Shown: piece by piece, positions 40,548-50,499 of the stretch | Position numbering within the stretch: the stretch's first letter is position 1 | Layout of the letters: every line of letters starts with the position of its first letter | Source: a virus | Lineage: Duplodnaviria > Heunggongvirae > Uroviricota > Caudoviricetes | IMG/VR virus record: IMGVR_UViG_2563366960_000002 | DNA length: 64,000 nucleotides | Strand: one strand, 5' to 3' | Program-made: the position numbers and the translations under genes | The notes under the pieces: model-generated | What the model saw: only the letters and a program-made list of their open reading frames with translations | Databases searched by the model: none | What the model was told of the DNA's origin: nothing

Positions 40548-41615
40548 TTGCGTAATATTCTATTATATAAATGGAATAATATGACAAAAATTACTAATTC
40601 TAATGAGTTGGAGTTACTGTACAAACAGTCAGTAATCATTCCATCATACAAAGATCACGTAGCGATCTTGCAAAAACAATTAGGAATAGAAAAACATTCT
40701 TTTCAAAATATGACAAGATTGAATAGACAAGCTGTAATTAGTAACGCTCTTCGAAAACAATTGGCTAGTATGCCGAACTTGGCTGGAATAGGCAGCAAGT
40801 ATCGTGAACATATCGCGATTTTACAGAAACAGACACAGGCTCTTTTCCCTCATAACGCAAATAGATATATTCAAATGCTAAGGAAACAGGCAGAAATAGC
40901 TATGCCATTACGAAACCAGCTTGAGATGCTTAATAAGCAAGCTGGTTTAAATAACATGCAAGCGATACTTAAAGAATTACAACAAAGTGCAAGTTATAAA
41001 ATAGATGTAAGCCAAGACATAAAGAAAGTACTAGATCATTATGCTAGAACAAGAAATGCTTCATTACATCAAATAATAGAGCAGGGGCTTTCATCTATTG
41101 CGCAGGCTTATGCTGAAGGTGCTACTGAAACATCACACACCAAAAGTGATGTCCAAAACAAAGGATTAAATAAATCTAATTCAACGTTTGTTGATTCATT
41201 TAAAGAGCTTCCTTATCCGCTGCAATGGTTACTAATGGTTATATTTTCTCAAGTTGTGTTTGGTGCCTTTATTGATTACGGAAAGGAGAAAACCTTATTG
41301 GGAATACACGAGGCAGAATCATACCTTATATCTCTGTTTGAGGATAAACCAATATCAAAACAACAATTAATTAAAGAAAACAAAAAAATTAGTTGGGAAG
41401 ATCTCAATGGTTTTCGTTTTATAACTGGTGAGAACGTAAGATTACACGTCAGTCCTTCTGTAAATAGTGAAGTGATTGAATGCATTGCCAAAAACACAAT
41501 CGTTGCTATTTTAGATAAAAAAGATCGACAATGGCTTTTCGTGCAGGTTAAATCAGGGGACGAGTTTATTACTGGATGGATTACACGAACATATACAAAG
41601 CCTCTTAAGGCTTGA
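40548..41615 (+). CDS. single-pass membrane protein with KQ-rich helical repeats and C-terminal SH3b-like domain (cargo cassette gene 3)
   Basis: 355 aa; repeats HVAILQKQ/HIAILQKQ/IQMLRKQ/LEMLNKQ; TM segment WLLMVIFSQVVFGAFIDYG; C-terminus VRLHVSPSVNSEVI...GWITRTY. Confidence 0.5.
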   Translation: MRNILLYKWNNMTKITNSNELELLYKQSVIIPSYKDHVAILQKQLGIEKHSFQNMTRLNRQAVISNALRKQLASMPNLAGIGSKYREHIAILQKQTQALFPHNANRYIQMLRKQAEIAMPLRNQLEMLNKQAGLNNMQAILKELQQSASYKIDVSQDIKKVLDHYARTRNASLHQIIEQGLSSIAQAYAEGATETSHTKSDVQNKGLNKSNSTFVDSFKELPYPLQWLLMVIFSQVVFGAFIDYGKEKTLLGIHEAESYLISLFEDKPISKQQLIKENKKISWEDLNGFRFITGENVRLHVSPSVNSEVIECIAKNTIVAILDKKDRQWLFVQVKSGDEFITGWITRTYTKPLKA

Positions 41616-41714
41616 ATTTTATCTCCGTACCTTGGGGCTGGGTGTTGATGATGCTACTTGAAGCACTTGAGTTGTTTTAACGTAGTATCTGAAATGTGTA
41701 GACTGACCGGTAAC

Positions 41715-41733
41715 AAATGACAACTCGTAGAAT
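41715..41733 (+). promoter_or_regulatory. P1-type late promoter upstream of the sit operon
   Basis: AAATGACAA box, 4 nt, then TAGAAT. Confidence 0.45.
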
Positions 41734-41740
41734 CGGTTAA

Positions 41741-42331
<591 letters not shown>

Positions 42332-42341
42332 GGGAGCTGAT

Positions 42342-42953
42342 ATGGGGCTTAATGTTGCTTCAGTAAAGTCTTATGTATCTTCGGCATTAACGACGACATT
42401 ATTTGGCTCCGGCGTTGGTGAGCGGGAAGTTGGTAAGCTGACGTCAATCATCATGAACAAAATGTTGTTCGCGCAAGGATGGCAGTTCTCTGTCGAAGTT
42501 GATGGACTGGAGGGGGCAGACTTCTTTGCCAAAGATATTACCTACCACGATTACAGCATCGAATATGAAACGATTAAAATCGGCGGAGGGAATATCCTTC
42601 AACCAACGGAGCGTTCGCCTGGGCAGATAACAATGATGGTCAGGGATACCGTTGATGGCCTCGTTTTGGACTGGTTTAAGACGGCAAAAAGTCGGGTGAT
42701 CAATCCGGACGGTACCGGGAATATACCGTCTAAATATTTGCTCAATGTGCGTATTTATCGGTTGCTGTCTTCCGGCTTAACCAAACTGGAAAATGAGATG
42801 ACGGTATTCCCGGTCACTACCGGCGATGTCACCTATGCGCGAGATCAGGTTACTGAATTTAAGTCATTCCCAATGACCTTCGCATTGCACAGCACGTTTA
42901 ACCAATCCTCAAGTTCTTTGGCTTCCCTTCTGGGCTTTAGCTTTTCTCTTTGA
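42342..42953 (+). CDS. virion protein (tail tube candidate)
   Basis: 203-aa ORF with GAGGGAG RBS. Confidence 0.4.
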   Translation: MGLNVASVKSYVSSALTTTLFGSGVGEREVGKLTSIIMNKMLFAQGWQFSVEVDGLEGADFFAKDITYHDYSIEYETIKIGGGNILQPTERSPGQITMMVRDTVDGLVLDWFKTAKSRVINPDGTGNIPSKYLLNVRIYRLLSSGLTKLENEMTVFPVTTGDVTYARDQVTEFKSFPMTFALHSTFNQSSSSLASLLGFSFSL

Positions 42954-42967
42954 ATTAAGGAGCAAGG

Positions 42968-43849
42968 ATGCTTTTACCTCTTTTCCCGCTACCATCGCGG
43001 CCAACTGAATTGATCCAGTTCCGTCAGCCAAATATTGCTGATGCGATGCGTTTCAACTCGATAACACCGGAGGAACAAGAACAACAGACAACGGCGTATT
43101 TAAAAGCCTTGCTGGCTGAACCCGCGAAACATGATCCCCTGACATGGACGGCGCAGGACCGGATTACCGCGTTATGGTGGATATTTACCGGCTCCCGTGA
43201 AACACCGGTCGAGACATTCACCTACACCTGTAAACATTGCGGTAAAGAGCACTATTACGATTGCGATATGAATGCTCTGGCTGAAGATATCCAGGTCCTG
43301 GAAGTGGAACCTTTCATTGACGATATTGAGGTGTCTGTAGAGGGAGTACCTTATCAATGGCGTATCGTGCCGCTTGATGGCTGGGCAATGGAAATGCTGG
43401 AGATGCGCCGTGCAGCATTGCCACCTGAAGACGACGCGGAATTCAAAGAAGCGATCGTTGATTTGCGTTTTTGGGAATTCGCTTATCAGTGTGAGCTTTA
43501 TAACGATGTTAGCGGTACTCGTGAAGATCAGGCTGAGCGTCGTTATGAAACGATTAAACGGATGGCCATTGATACTGAATTTATGAAGCTGGCGGCACAC
43601 ATCCGACTGGCTCATGAAAAGCTCGAACATGGTTTACCGTGCTACATCGATAAAGGTGAAATGCGTCTTCGTCTCCCGCCGCATAAATGCCCAAATCAGG
43701 ATAAAAAGGAGTCCACAGAGGGTGCGTATACCCGTCTGTGGGTGCCCTTTCGGGCTACCGACTTCATTCCACAGGTGGGGATTGAAAAGCTATCAGACCT
43801 TAGTGTCCAACCTGGTTTTGTATGGGGGTATACCGATTCAGGACGCTGA
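42968..43849 (+). CDS. late morphogenetic protein
   Basis: 293-aa ORF with AAGGAG RBS. Confidence 0.4.
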   Translation: MLLPLFPLPSRPTELIQFRQPNIADAMRFNSITPEEQEQQTTAYLKALLAEPAKHDPLTWTAQDRITALWWIFTGSRETPVETFTYTCKHCGKEHYYDCDMNALAEDIQVLEVEPFIDDIEVSVEGVPYQWRIVPLDGWAMEMLEMRRAALPPEDDAEFKEAIVDLRFWEFAYQCELYNDVSGTREDQAERRYETIKRMAIDTEFMKLAAHIRLAHEKLEHGLPCYIDKGEMRLRLPPHKCPNQDKKESTEGAYTRLWVPFRATDFIPQVGIEKLSDLSVQPGFVWGYTDSGR

Positions 43850-43930
43850 AAGGCTTACTGAATCCTATGCGTTTTTCCTGTTGGAGAAACTGGAAGAAAA
43901 ACTTAAACCGAAACGGTAGGCGATAAGATC

Positions 43931-46900
43931 ATGGAAAGAAAAAACGCCAACATTGACGATGTTATAAGGACAGTTGAAACCGCCAGCGCAAAAGAGCTGG
44001 AAGAGCTTGCAGGTATCCGGGAAGCTGTTGAAGATTTGAAAGGGGGACGCGTTGCTACTGTTGATCCTGTCTCTCGCAGCGTGTCGGCATTAAATCGCAC
44101 AATCGACAATTCCCGGCCTGACTTTGTGGCCAAAGCGCCATCAGTAGACCCTATTGTTGACGCAATGAAACGGCTTAATTTAGGGGACGTTTCTCGTGTA
44201 GTTCAGGAAGATGTTGCTCAACAGGAACTGCGGGCCAAATCAACTACACCAAAGGGTAAAAAACGACACAGGAAGGCTATACCAGAGGATGTAAAGGCAC
44301 AACGGACCGAAGCAGCCGAACACGCTCGCGAAATGTTCGGTCAAAAAGGCGGTGCGCAAAAAAGCCAAAACAAACGCGATGCGCGTGGTCGTTTTATTGG
44401 CAAGTCAGGGAGTAAGGCCGCAGCGGAAGAAGCCCGTGCTGAACGAGCAGAAAAGGCCAGGCGCAAAGAGGATGATGAGCGTCTAAATGCTGAATCAGGT
44501 TTATTAAAAAAACTGTCAAAAGTAGCTGAAGGCATAGGTAACCCTTCAGAGACTCGTGCCGTCGATGCGTTAGGTTATGCCGTTGCTGGTCCATTGTGGG
44601 CAGCAGGGAAGGAGCTTGGCGGGATATCAAAAGAAGTTGGCGGATCGCTTAATGGTGCCAGAAAGTCTATTGCCGATGTGATTCGTGGCAATGACGATAA
44701 CAGCCGTAGAAAAGGTTTTTTTAGGCGTAAATCGCAAAGTAGTGCCGATGTCGTTCAGGTTAACACCCAAAAACGGACGGTTCAGGAACTTCAGGATCAG
44801 ACCAGCGAAATTAAAGAGGGCAATGACAAGATTCTCCGCGCCCTTGATCAGATAGCCAAAAACACCGGGAAAAAGAAGGGCGGCTTGCTGTCCAAACTAT
44901 TTAGCCTGTTAGGGAAGGGGGCCGGTGGCGTCGCGTCGTTGTTAATGGGGCGTGGCATGCTGAAAAAAGCTGGAGCACTCGCTTTTGGCGCTCTGGGGGC
45001 AAAGAAACTTGTAGGAATGCTACGCGGTGGTGGCAAGAAGACTCTCACCCATGAAGGCGGAGATTTGGCTGCCCGGGCAGCAGGTAAACTTGGATTAAAG
45101 GCAGTTGGTAAAGGGGCGTTACGCGCAATTCCCCTAGTCGGCACAGTGGCTGGAGGTATTTATGATGCGGTAACCGGTTGGAATGATACAGAAGCGCAAC
45201 GTCGAGCGTTTGGGCTTAAATCAGGACAAGATCCATCATTCCAGCAAAAAGCCGCTTATACGTTAGCCAATGTTCTTGATATGGGGGGACTGGTATCTGG
45301 TATTAGCAGCGCCATTGGTGAGGTTCTCAAATCACTTGGATTTGAGGATATCGGCAATATGTTGCAATCATTTTCGACGGAAAGTATTGCCCAGGCCATT
45401 GATAGTGGGATTACCAACTTAGAAACATATATTTCTAACCTTGGCGACACCATTTCTACCAAGTTCGAAGATTACACAGCAAAGATTGGTGATGCTGTTT
45501 CAGAATGGTTTAGCGATACATCCAATAAGCTGATTGAAAAGCTGGATGCCATAAAAAACTTCTTTACTGTCGATAACCTGAAACAGGTTTTCAGTGATGT
45601 AATTGATAGTGCAATTGATTTCATTAAGAACCCAGGGAAACACATTAAAGAGGCGGCTGGTAATATTTGGGATGGGGTTAAAAATTTACCCGGTAAAGCA
45701 TTAGATGCAGCGGTTGATGCCGTTAAAAATACCCCTGCGGAAATGATTGTATCAAAAATACCCAATCCGATCGGCGAGGCTAATGCGAAAGAAATCACTC
45801 CAGAGTTAAAAGCTCCGGTTAATAGCCACCAGGAGACATCTGATTCTAAAACTGAATCCGATGCCAAACAGACTAATATTGTTACCCGCGTGATAAATGC
45901 GGCACTGGACACGGCGAAAGATAGCAATAAAACAGTTAAAGAAACTGCTAATCAGATTATCAATGCAAATGCCGTAGAAACGGGAAATAGCGCGTTGCAG
46001 AAAATTGATAGAGCTATTGGTCAAAATAGCTCGTCATCATCGTCGCTTAATACCACTGGTACCAGGAATGACATTCAGAAAGCTGCGGATACCTACAACA
46101 ATGGCAACTTGGATGTAAAAGTCGAAGGTCTTGGCGCTGAAGGTAAGGCAAATCTCGATAAGTTGGCTCCGTATTTTGCTGACCTAGAGAATAAATATGG
46201 CCTTCCTGAAGGTACTCTTTACTCGATTGCTGCAACTGAATCAGGAGGGAATCCTAACGCAAAGTCTCCGCTGACAAGATCACCAGATGGAAAGTTAAGT
46301 GGTGGCGCACTCGGGATGTTCCAGTTCACGAGTATTGCTCGTAAAGAGACAGGGATATCGGAACAGGATGCATTTGATCCCGTGAAATCGGCAGAAGCTG
46401 CGGCTCTTCTCATGAGCAAGTATCTGAAGCAAGCCAATGGAGACTTAAACGAGGCCATCACTGCATATAACGCTGGGTTTGGCACTATCAATAAGTGGAA
46501 AAAAGGCATAGGTGACTTATCGAAAGAAAACCGTGAGTACGCGATCAAGGTCAATACTCATCGTGCTCGCTATTTAGGTGGTGAAATCTATACACCTGGA
46601 GCAGAAGCACAGGGTGGGGCGCAATATGGAGTGAGGGGACCACTGCCTGATAACGCTGTTATCGATCAGTCTACTGGTCTGGCGTTTACCCCTGGTGATA
46701 GTCCGTTTGAGAAAGGCGGTCTGGTAGACAAAATCGGTAATGCTGTTGGCGTTAACGATCTGGTCAACAAATTCATGCATGGTCGGGGGATGCGTCGAGA
46801 AGTTGTTCAGGGAACGCTCGAAGAACGTGCACGAGGAAAGGGGACCGCAACGGCTGCTGGCAATGTGTATGTTGATACACCTATGCCAGTTGAAGAGGCA

Positions 46901-47353
46901 CGTCCGGTGGCCAACAACTCAAGTTACTTTGACCAGCTCGGCGCACAAATGGGGATTGATGGACTGTATGACAAACTCATTAATGCCCGGGGAATGCGCT
47001 CAAATAATTCTCCTCAACCAGCCTCCACGTCCCAGGTGACGACTGCCGCCAACGATTTGCAGCAACCAACCGGTCGTATGCAGATAGACGGGCAGGTTAT
47101 TAGTGACCTTGGCGGTTCCGGTGCCAAGCCGACAATGCAGTTGGCTGATAATACCGTTTCACTTGATGGTGAAACGAAGCGGCTGTTTGCGCAGATGACC
47201 TCATTGCTCGCCAGGATTGAAGAGCACACCAAAGACTCGGCGAAAGGCCAGGGAACTGTCGTAAAGGTCAGCACGCCTCAGCCGGGCGTTATGCGCACGG
47301 TACCACTGTCAATTGATGATCCGTTGATGAATGACTACGCGAGAGTTGATTGA
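43931..47353 (+). CDS. sit: tape-measure-like injection protein with embedded lytic transglycosylase (SLT) domain (P1 Sit-like)
   Basis: 1140 aa; Gly/Lys/Ala-rich low-complexity N-terminal half; SLT-like segment GMFQFTSIARKETGI...AYNAGFGTINKW. Confidence 0.8.
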   Translation: MERKNANIDDVIRTVETASAKELEELAGIREAVEDLKGGRVATVDPVSRSVSALNRTIDNSRPDFVAKAPSVDPIVDAMKRLNLGDVSRVVQEDVAQQELRAKSTTPKGKKRHRKAIPEDVKAQRTEAAEHAREMFGQKGGAQKSQNKRDARGRFIGKSGSKAAAEEARAERAEKARRKEDDERLNAESGLLKKLSKVAEGIGNPSETRAVDALGYAVAGPLWAAGKELGGISKEVGGSLNGARKSIADVIRGNDDNSRRKGFFRRKSQSSADVVQVNTQKRTVQELQDQTSEIKEGNDKILRALDQIAKNTGKKKGGLLSKLFSLLGKGAGGVASLLMGRGMLKKAGALAFGALGAKKLVGMLRGGGKKTLTHEGGDLAARAAGKLGLKAVGKGALRAIPLVGTVAGGIYDAVTGWNDTEAQRRAFGLKSGQDPSFQQKAAYTLANVLDMGGLVSGISSAIGEVLKSLGFEDIGNMLQSFSTESIAQAIDSGITNLETYISNLGDTISTKFEDYTAKIGDAVSEWFSDTSNKLIEKLDAIKNFFTVDNLKQVFSDVIDSAIDFIKNPGKHIKEAAGNIWDGVKNLPGKALDAAVDAVKNTPAEMIVSKIPNPIGEANAKEITPELKAPVNSHQETSDSKTESDAKQTNIVTRVINAALDTAKDSNKTVKETANQIINANAVETGNSALQKIDRAIGQNSSSSSSLNTTGTRNDIQKAADTYNNGNLDVKVEGLGAEGKANLDKLAPYFADLENKYGLPEGTLYSIAATESGGNPNAKSPLTRSPDGKLSGGALGMFQFTSIARKETGISEQDAFDPVKSAEAAALLMSKYLKQANGDLNEAITAYNAGFGTINKWKKGIGDLSKENREYAIKVNTHRARYLGGEIYTPGAEAQGGAQYGVRGPLPDNAVIDQSTGLAFTPGDSPFEKGGLVDKIGNAVGVNDLVNKFMHGRGMRREVVQGTLEERARGKGTATAAGNVYVDTPMPVEEARPVANNSSYFDQLGAQMGIDGLYDKLINARGMRSNNSPQPASTSQVTTAANDLQQPTGRMQIDGQVISDLGGSGAKPTMQLADNTVSLDGETKRLFAQMTSLLARIEEHTKDSAKGQGTVVKVSTPQPGVMRTVPLSIDDPLMNDYARVD

Positions 47354-47709
47354 TGGCCAACAATAACGAAATTGATCCTTTGCTGACGCTGGAGTTATCC
47401 GGCGTAAAAACGTATGAGTCCCAGGAGGAGGCCTGGGGCGCTCGTTTATATGAGTGGCTAAACACTTATCAGGGTGAGGTATACGGAGATCCGTCATGGG
47501 GCAATGTTTTACCGCAGTTTAAACACGAACCGACCAACTTGTCGCATGTTCAAATTGCGGTTGAGGCAATGCTGTTGCAAAAACTGACGGTAGATTTACC
47601 TGACATACCGATTTCTGGCTTGTCAGTAGCCGAGGGAGATGCTTTTGATAAGTTGAAAATATCCATTCGTATCAGGGATATAACTATCACACAGGACGTG
47701 GTGCTATGA
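47350..47709 (+). CDS. baseplate wedge protein, GpW/gp25 family
   Basis: 119 aa; 4-nt overlap with sit; size and pattern typical of gp25-like proteins. Confidence 0.55.
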   Translation: MMANNNEIDPLLTLELSGVKTYESQEEAWGARLYEWLNTYQGEVYGDPSWGNVLPQFKHEPTNLSHVQIAVEAMLLQKLTVDLPDIPISGLSVAEGDAFDKLKISIRIRDITITQDVVL

Positions 47710-49139
47710 GTAAAACAACACCGACTAAAGACAGTATTCGTGCAGAGTTTGAAGAGCTTGTCGAGAAAGACTCATTCTGGTCGAAGTTTGTCGGCTCTCA
47801 ATTTGTCTCGATGCTGACATTGTTTATTACCCAGATTGTCTACAGGTGCTTTCAGTATGCCGATGCGGCGCTGGCTGAAGGCTTTATATCGACCGCGACG
47901 CGGCGTTCCTCTATCCTGGCAGCGGCAGAAACGAATAGTTACGTTGGTACCAAGCCAACACCGTCATCGGGGATGATTGAGATCACCGCCACAAGTGAAG
48001 ATGCCCCAGCGGTAATCCCCAAAAACATGCCTTTAATATCTGACGACCAGTACCCTTACATGACTATGGATGTATGCAGGTTGGTTGACGGCACCGGTAC
48101 GGTAGAAGTGGCGCAGTTGGAAATCCAGGAGGTGACATATACCGTTACGGCAGCTAAAGAATTTCTGGAAGTCGTGTTATCAAAGGCTCTTACTGCTGTC
48201 TGCTATAAGCTGGAAGTATTCGTGACGACCGATGGTAAGACCACGCAGTGGTCTTCCAGCACTATGTTCCGGTTAGCCGGTAGTAAAAGCCAGGTCTACG
48301 TTGAGTTTTATAAACCATCCGAGCAGTTGGGGGTTCGATTCGGTGATGGGCTAATTGGGCAAATACCGCCAGAAGGCTCGACCATTACGCTTAAGGTATG
48401 GTGCACCAACGGCGATATAACCCTGGTTGCTGGCCAAAACCTGACGCCTGTCGATTCTGCGGCTAATTTAGCTAATTTGATTTCAGTTAAGACAACGACA
48501 CCTATAACCGCAGGTACCGATGCCGAAACAACGGAGATCACACGTAACCGTGCACAATATTACCTTGCCTATGATGATCAGGTCGTATGGGGCGGGGACT
48601 ATACGTATTTTCTGGTGCGTAACATCCCGGGACTGTCCTGGGTAAAGGCATGGGGCGAAGGCCAGCAAGAGAAATTAGATGGTGCTTATAATGTTCGGAA
48701 TATCAATAAGATATTTATTTCAGGGTGGCATCCAAATAAAAGCCAGTCAGAGCTTGAAGAAATGATCCTGGCTGCCTTTAAGAAGGTGCCGAATGAGTTG
48801 AACAAGAAATTCTCGTATAAAGAGGTCAGAAAACTACCCTTTAAGATCACCATCACCGGGCGGATATCGGCAAGCCTGACCATTGAGAACGTGACCGATG
48901 AGCTGAAGTCGGCACTGGAAACAAAATTTGGGCGCGACTCAACTTTCTTTGATCCGAACCGCGTCGGAAAGTACATCCTGATTAAGAAAAAAGACGTTTG
49001 GGCGTTTATCGAAACGCTGGGTTATTTCCGCGACTTTTATCTGGAATTTGTCGAGTGGAATGAGTCCAACGGCTTTTACGATTTCGTTTATCTGGATACA
49101 GAAAGCTCCACCTTTAATATTTCGTATGAGGAGGAGTGA
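47706..49139 (+). CDS. baseplate J-like protein
   Basis: 477 aa, coupled between the gp25-like and next baseplate gene (canonical W-J-I order). Confidence 0.5.
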   Translation: MSKTTPTKDSIRAEFEELVEKDSFWSKFVGSQFVSMLTLFITQIVYRCFQYADAALAEGFISTATRRSSILAAAETNSYVGTKPTPSSGMIEITATSEDAPAVIPKNMPLISDDQYPYMTMDVCRLVDGTGTVEVAQLEIQEVTYTVTAAKEFLEVVLSKALTAVCYKLEVFVTTDGKTTQWSSSTMFRLAGSKSQVYVEFYKPSEQLGVRFGDGLIGQIPPEGSTITLKVWCTNGDITLVAGQNLTPVDSAANLANLISVKTTTPITAGTDAETTEITRNRAQYYLAYDDQVVWGGDYTYFLVRNIPGLSWVKAWGEGQQEKLDGAYNVRNINKIFISGWHPNKSQSELEEMILAAFKKVPNELNKKFSYKEVRKLPFKITITGRISASLTIENVTDELKSALETKFGRDSTFFDPNRVGKYILIKKKDVWAFIETLGYFRDFYLEFVEWNESNGFYDFVYLDTESSTFNISYEEE

Positions 49140-49975
49140 TGCAGCGTTCCTGGTTTAATAACCGGCTTACATCAGCTAAGCAAAAGTCATTGCTCTATAA
49201 ATCATTGGCTGATTTGGTTCAGTCAATGATGGACACCTTTGTTGACCCATGGTTGGAGCGAATTACCAACCGGAAGTCTATTTTCTCCATGAGCAAGGAG
49301 GATCTGGAGACCAGGACAAATGAACTTGGCCAGTTCTTTACTATCAGAACCTCGAACTCATCTTCCGTTCCGATGTTGTTACAACAGCGGCTTGATGAGA
49401 TCCACTTTAAGGGAACTGAACGCCCTATAAACCAGACAATTTACCGCGAATTTAACGGTATTTCTGTTTTATGGGATCCGATATATGCACCGGTGGACCT
49501 TGAGCGTCATCCCTATGGCACGGTTCTAATACCAGAAAGCACACTGGAGACTACCGGCGGCACATTCGGCGAGATGTTTCTGACTTCCAGAGGGATGATC
49601 AGTATTCCCATAAACGACCTGGCCCGGACAATGGGGATTACTGGCACGATAGATCAGTCCGCAATTACAGAAGAAATTCTCAGAAAGTTTAATCAGTTCG
49701 TAAAGCCTCTACTGCCACTGCATATAGTGTTTGATGGGCTTACGCTCTATTTGTCGGTTGTTGTAAATGAACAGGCCGACATGATCACTTTGAACGAGAT
49801 TTCTGATACCGAAAAAGCGTACTGCTGGTTTGAAACTTCGGATACAACTTCGCTTACTGGAGTTACGTCGATTAGCGCTCCGATCACTGCAACGCCGGGA
49901 GGCACTATTGTGAAAGCAACGCCTACGTTTGATCGCACCCGCGCAGATGATTTGCTGCTGGATAGCGATGCCTGA
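49136..49975 (+). CDS. baseplate/tail-fibre attachment protein (gpI-like position)
   Basis: 279-aa coupled ORF preceding the tail-fibre genes. Confidence 0.45.
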   Translation: MMQRSWFNNRLTSAKQKSLLYKSLADLVQSMMDTFVDPWLERITNRKSIFSMSKEDLETRTNELGQFFTIRTSNSSSVPMLLQQRLDEIHFKGTERPINQTIYREFNGISVLWDPIYAPVDLERHPYGTVLIPESTLETTGGTFGEMFLTSRGMISIPINDLARTMGITGTIDQSAITEEILRKFNQFVKPLLPLHIVFDGLTLYLSVVVNEQADMITLNEISDTEKAYCWFETSDTTSLTGVTSISAPITATPGGTIVKATPTFDRTRADDLLLDSDA

Positions 49976-49980
49976 CAATC

Positions 49981-50005
49981 ACCCCGTCCGTAGGGCGGGG
50001 TGACA
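49981..50005 (+). terminator. GC-rich hairpin (attenuator-like) before the tail-fibre late promoter
   Basis: TCACCCCG-(9 nt loop)-CGGGGTGA; no T-run, so termination efficiency is uncertain. Confidence 0.3.
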
Positions 50006-50023
50006 AGTTACTTCTCTTACAAT
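50005..50023 (+). promoter_or_regulatory. P1-type late promoter upstream of the R and S genes
   Basis: Palindromic AAGTTACTT, 4 nt, then TACAAT. Confidence 0.5.
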
Positions 50024-50053
50024 GAGGCTTCACAACATTGATTAGGGAAAATC

Positions 50054-50488
50054 ATGTCTGACGTCTCAACAAACCTCTATAAGAGTCAGTTGTTGGACTA
50101 TTACTATCAGCGGCGCGCTGAATCGTCCATTAACAAAGGCTCTCGATTTTTAATCAGCAAGGCCGTTTTCGGTACCAGTTCGCTGGTTACCAAGAAAGGA
50201 GATGGCACTTATGAGATTGGAGAACTGCCAAAGGCTTTCGATCTGGCAGAACTGACCAGTCAATTTTGCACCATCAACCTCGTGCCAACCTACTCAGGTG
50301 GGATAATTACTGTCCGAATGGACCTTGATCAAAGCCAGTTGCAGGAAGGGAAAAACTACCCATTCAACACTCTGGTTGTTCTGGATAACGAGAACAAGCC
50401 AATCGCCATTATTTGTGTCCAGGAAGACTCGCTGTATGTGGGCAAAACATATACCGCAGTTATGGCCATAAACACGACTACAGCATAA
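50054..50488 (+). CDS. tail-fibre-associated protein (P1 R position)
   Basis: 144-aa ORF immediately upstream of the S gene. Confidence 0.45.
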   Translation: MSDVSTNLYKSQLLDYYYQRRAESSINKGSRFLISKAVFGTSSLVTKKGDGTYEIGELPKAFDLAELTSQFCTINLVPTYSGGIITVRMDLDQSQLQEGKNYPFNTLVVLDNENKPIAIICVQEDSLYVGKTYTAVMAINTTTA

Positions 50489-50499
50489 GGATATGCTTG

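Noticed and set aside
43931-47353. Low-complexity Gly/Lys/Ala-rich repeats in the 1140-aa Sit-like protein as a separate repeat element or fused gene
   Set aside because: The repeats are in-frame protein low complexity typical of tape-measure proteins, followed by a transglycosylase domain in the same ORF.
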